A stretch of DNA of 64,000 nucleotides from Eledone cirrhosa. Taxonomy: Eukaryota. Under the pieces are notes generated by a model. The model did no database searches and was not told the origin of the DNA. It worked only from the letters and a program-made list of their open reading frames with translations. Made by a program: the position numbers and the translations under genes. Numbering within the stretch: position 1 is the stretch's first letter; the number at the start of each line of letters is the position of its first letter. The stretch spans positions 118,978,001 to 119,042,000 of the forward strand of contig OZ024744.1 in the NCBI GenBank assembly GCA_964016885.1, written 5' to 3'. This document shows, piece after piece, positions 62,031 to 64,000 of the stretch.

Positions 62031-64000
62031 TATTACTGTAACAATTGACTTGGTGTTACTAACATTATTACTGTAACAACTGACTAATGTTACTAACATT
62101 ATTACTGTAACAACTGACTAATGGTACTAACATTATTACTGTAACAACTGACTTGGTGTTACTAACGTTATTACTGTAACAACTGACTTGGTGTTACTAA
62201 CATTATTACTGTAACAACTGACTTGGTGTTACTAACATTATTACCGTAACAACTGACTTGGTGTTACTAACATTATTACTGTAACAACTGACCTGGTGTT
62301 ACTAACATTATTACTGTAACAACTGACTTGGTGTTACTAACATTATTACTGTAACAACTGACTTGGTGTTACTAACATTATTACTGTAACAACTGACTAA
62401 TGTTACTAACATTATTACTGTAACAACTGACTTGGTGTTACTAACATTATTACTGTAACAACTGACTTGGTGTTACTAACATTATTACTGTAACAACTGA
62501 CTTGGTGTTACTAACATTATTACTGTAACAACTGACTTGGTGTTACTAACATTATTACTGTAACAACTGACTAATGTTACTAACATTATTACTGTAACAA
62601 CTGACTTGGTGTTACTAACATTATTACTGTAACAACTGACTTGGTGTTACTAACATTATTACTGTAACAACTGACTTGGTGTTACTAACATTATTACTGT
62701 AACAACTAACTAATGTTACAAACATTATTACTGTAACAACTGACTAATGTTACTAACATTATTACTGTAACAAATGACTAATGTTACTAACATTATTACT
62801 CTAACAACTGACTAATGTTACTAACATTATTACTGTAACAACTGACTAATGTTACTAACATTATTACTGTAACAACTGACTTGGTGTTACTAACATTATT
62901 ACTGTAACTACTAACTAATGTTACTAACATTATTACTGTAACAACTGACTTGGTGTTACTAACATTACTACTGTAACAACTGACTTGGTGTTACTAACAT
63001 TATTACTGTAACAACTGACTAATGTTACTAACATTATTACTGTTACGACTGACTTGGTGTTACTAACATTATTACTGTAACAACTGACTAATGCTACTAA
63101 CATTATTACTGTAACAATTGACTTGGTGTTACTAACATTATTACTGTAACAACTGACATGGTGTTACTAACATTATTACTGTAAAAACTGACTAATGTTA
63201 CTAACATTATTACTGTAACAACTGACTAATGTTACTAACATTGTTACTGTAACAAATGACTAATGTTACTAACATTATTACTGTAACAACTGACTAATGT
63301 TACTAACATTATTACTGTAACAACTGACTAATGTTACTAACATTATTACCGTAACTACTGACTTGGTGTTACTAACATTATTATTGTAACTACTAACTAA
63401 TGTTATTAACATTATTACTGTAACAACTGACTTGGTGTTACTAACATTATTACTGTAAAAACTGACTTGGTGTTACTAACATTATTACTGTAACAACTGA
63501 CTAAAGTTACTAACATTATTACTGTAACAACTGACTTGGTGTTACTAACATTATTACTGTAACAACTGACTTGGTGTTACTAACATTATTACTGTAACAA
63601 CTGACTAATGTTACTAACATTATTACTGTAACAACTGACTAGGTGTTACTAACTTTATTACTGTAACAACTGACTTGGTGTTACTAACGTTATTACTGTA
63701 ACAACTGACTTGGTGTTACTAACATTATTACTGTAACAACTGACCTGGTGTTACTAACATTATTACTGTAACAACTGACTTGGTGTTACTAACATTATTA
63801 CTGTAACAACTGACTTGGTGTTACAAACATTATTACTGTAACAACTGACTAATGTTACTAACATTATTACTGTAACAACTGACTTGGTGTTACTAACATT
63901 ATTACTGTAACAACTGACTTGGTGTTACTAACATTATTACTGTAACAACTGACTTGGTGTTACTAACATTATTACTGTAACAACTTACTAATGTTACTAA
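62031..64000. repeat. Same 34/35-bp satellite, continuing after the SINE and open at the window end
   Basis: The array resumes at TATTACTGTAACAATTGACTTGGT in the same orientation and carries the same rare variants as 42.6-44.1 kb and 57.4-59.4 kb. Confidence 0.99.

Larger units (their letters stand above)
61843..62034 (+). mobile_element. tRNA-derived SINE inserted in the satellite (resembles octopus/cephalopod OR-type SINEs; probably internally deleted near the 3' end)
   Basis: This is the only unique sequence in the window. It has a 5' GGCGG, an A box TGGCAGTATCGG, and a B box GTTCAAATCC overlapping CCGCC (complementary to the 5' GGCGG). The central segment is ACTTTGCCTTTCATCCTTACGGGGTCGATAAAATAAAGTACCAGT, and the 3' end TTTCTGGCCTTGTGCCAATAGTAGAAACAATTATT finishes in an ATT tail. 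The family assignment is from recall, not from a database search. Confidence 0.88.

Noticed and set aside
61818-62055. Canonical target-site duplication around the SINE
   Set aside because: Any two flanks in a tandem array match. The two mismatches correspond to distinct recurrent monomer variants, so a true TSD cannot be claimed.
1-64000. CRISPR-like array (30-bp partly palindromic repeat)
   Set aside because: The intervening sequence is only 4-5 bp with essentially three recurring states rather than unique ~30-bp spacers. There is no leader or cas gene, and the SINE indicates a eukaryotic context.
1-64000. Telomeric repeat or telomerase product
   Set aside because: There are no TTAGGG/TTAGG tracts and no strongly G-rich strand. 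Variants are inherited in kb-scale blocks, which indicates recombinational copying rather than templated addition.
1-64000. Definite centromere assignment
   Set aside because: Array size, homogeneity and dyad symmetry are compatible with a centromere, but this cannot be established from sequence without CENP-A or cytogenetic data.

Overview
This window is almost entirely one AT-rich (~29% GC) head-to-tail satellite array of roughly 1,850 monomers. The monomers share a 30-bp core, GTTACTAACATTATTACTGTAACAACTGAC. The core is followed by TTGGT (type A, 35 bp), TAAT (type B, 34 bp) or, less often, TTGCT (type C, 35 bp). Rare point variants show kb-scale block duplications (offsets 5930, 3306, 2789, 6227 and 1730 bp) and two sub-domains that switch at about 36 kb. 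The only non-satellite DNA is a ~190-bp tRNA-derived SINE at ~61843-62034 (+ strand, with Pol III A and B boxes). From memory it resembles octopus/cephalopod SINEs, which points to a metazoan heterochromatic locus. No real protein-coding gene is supported: every listed ORF is a translation of alternating A/B monomers. Coordinates were read by eye and duplication boundaries are approximate.
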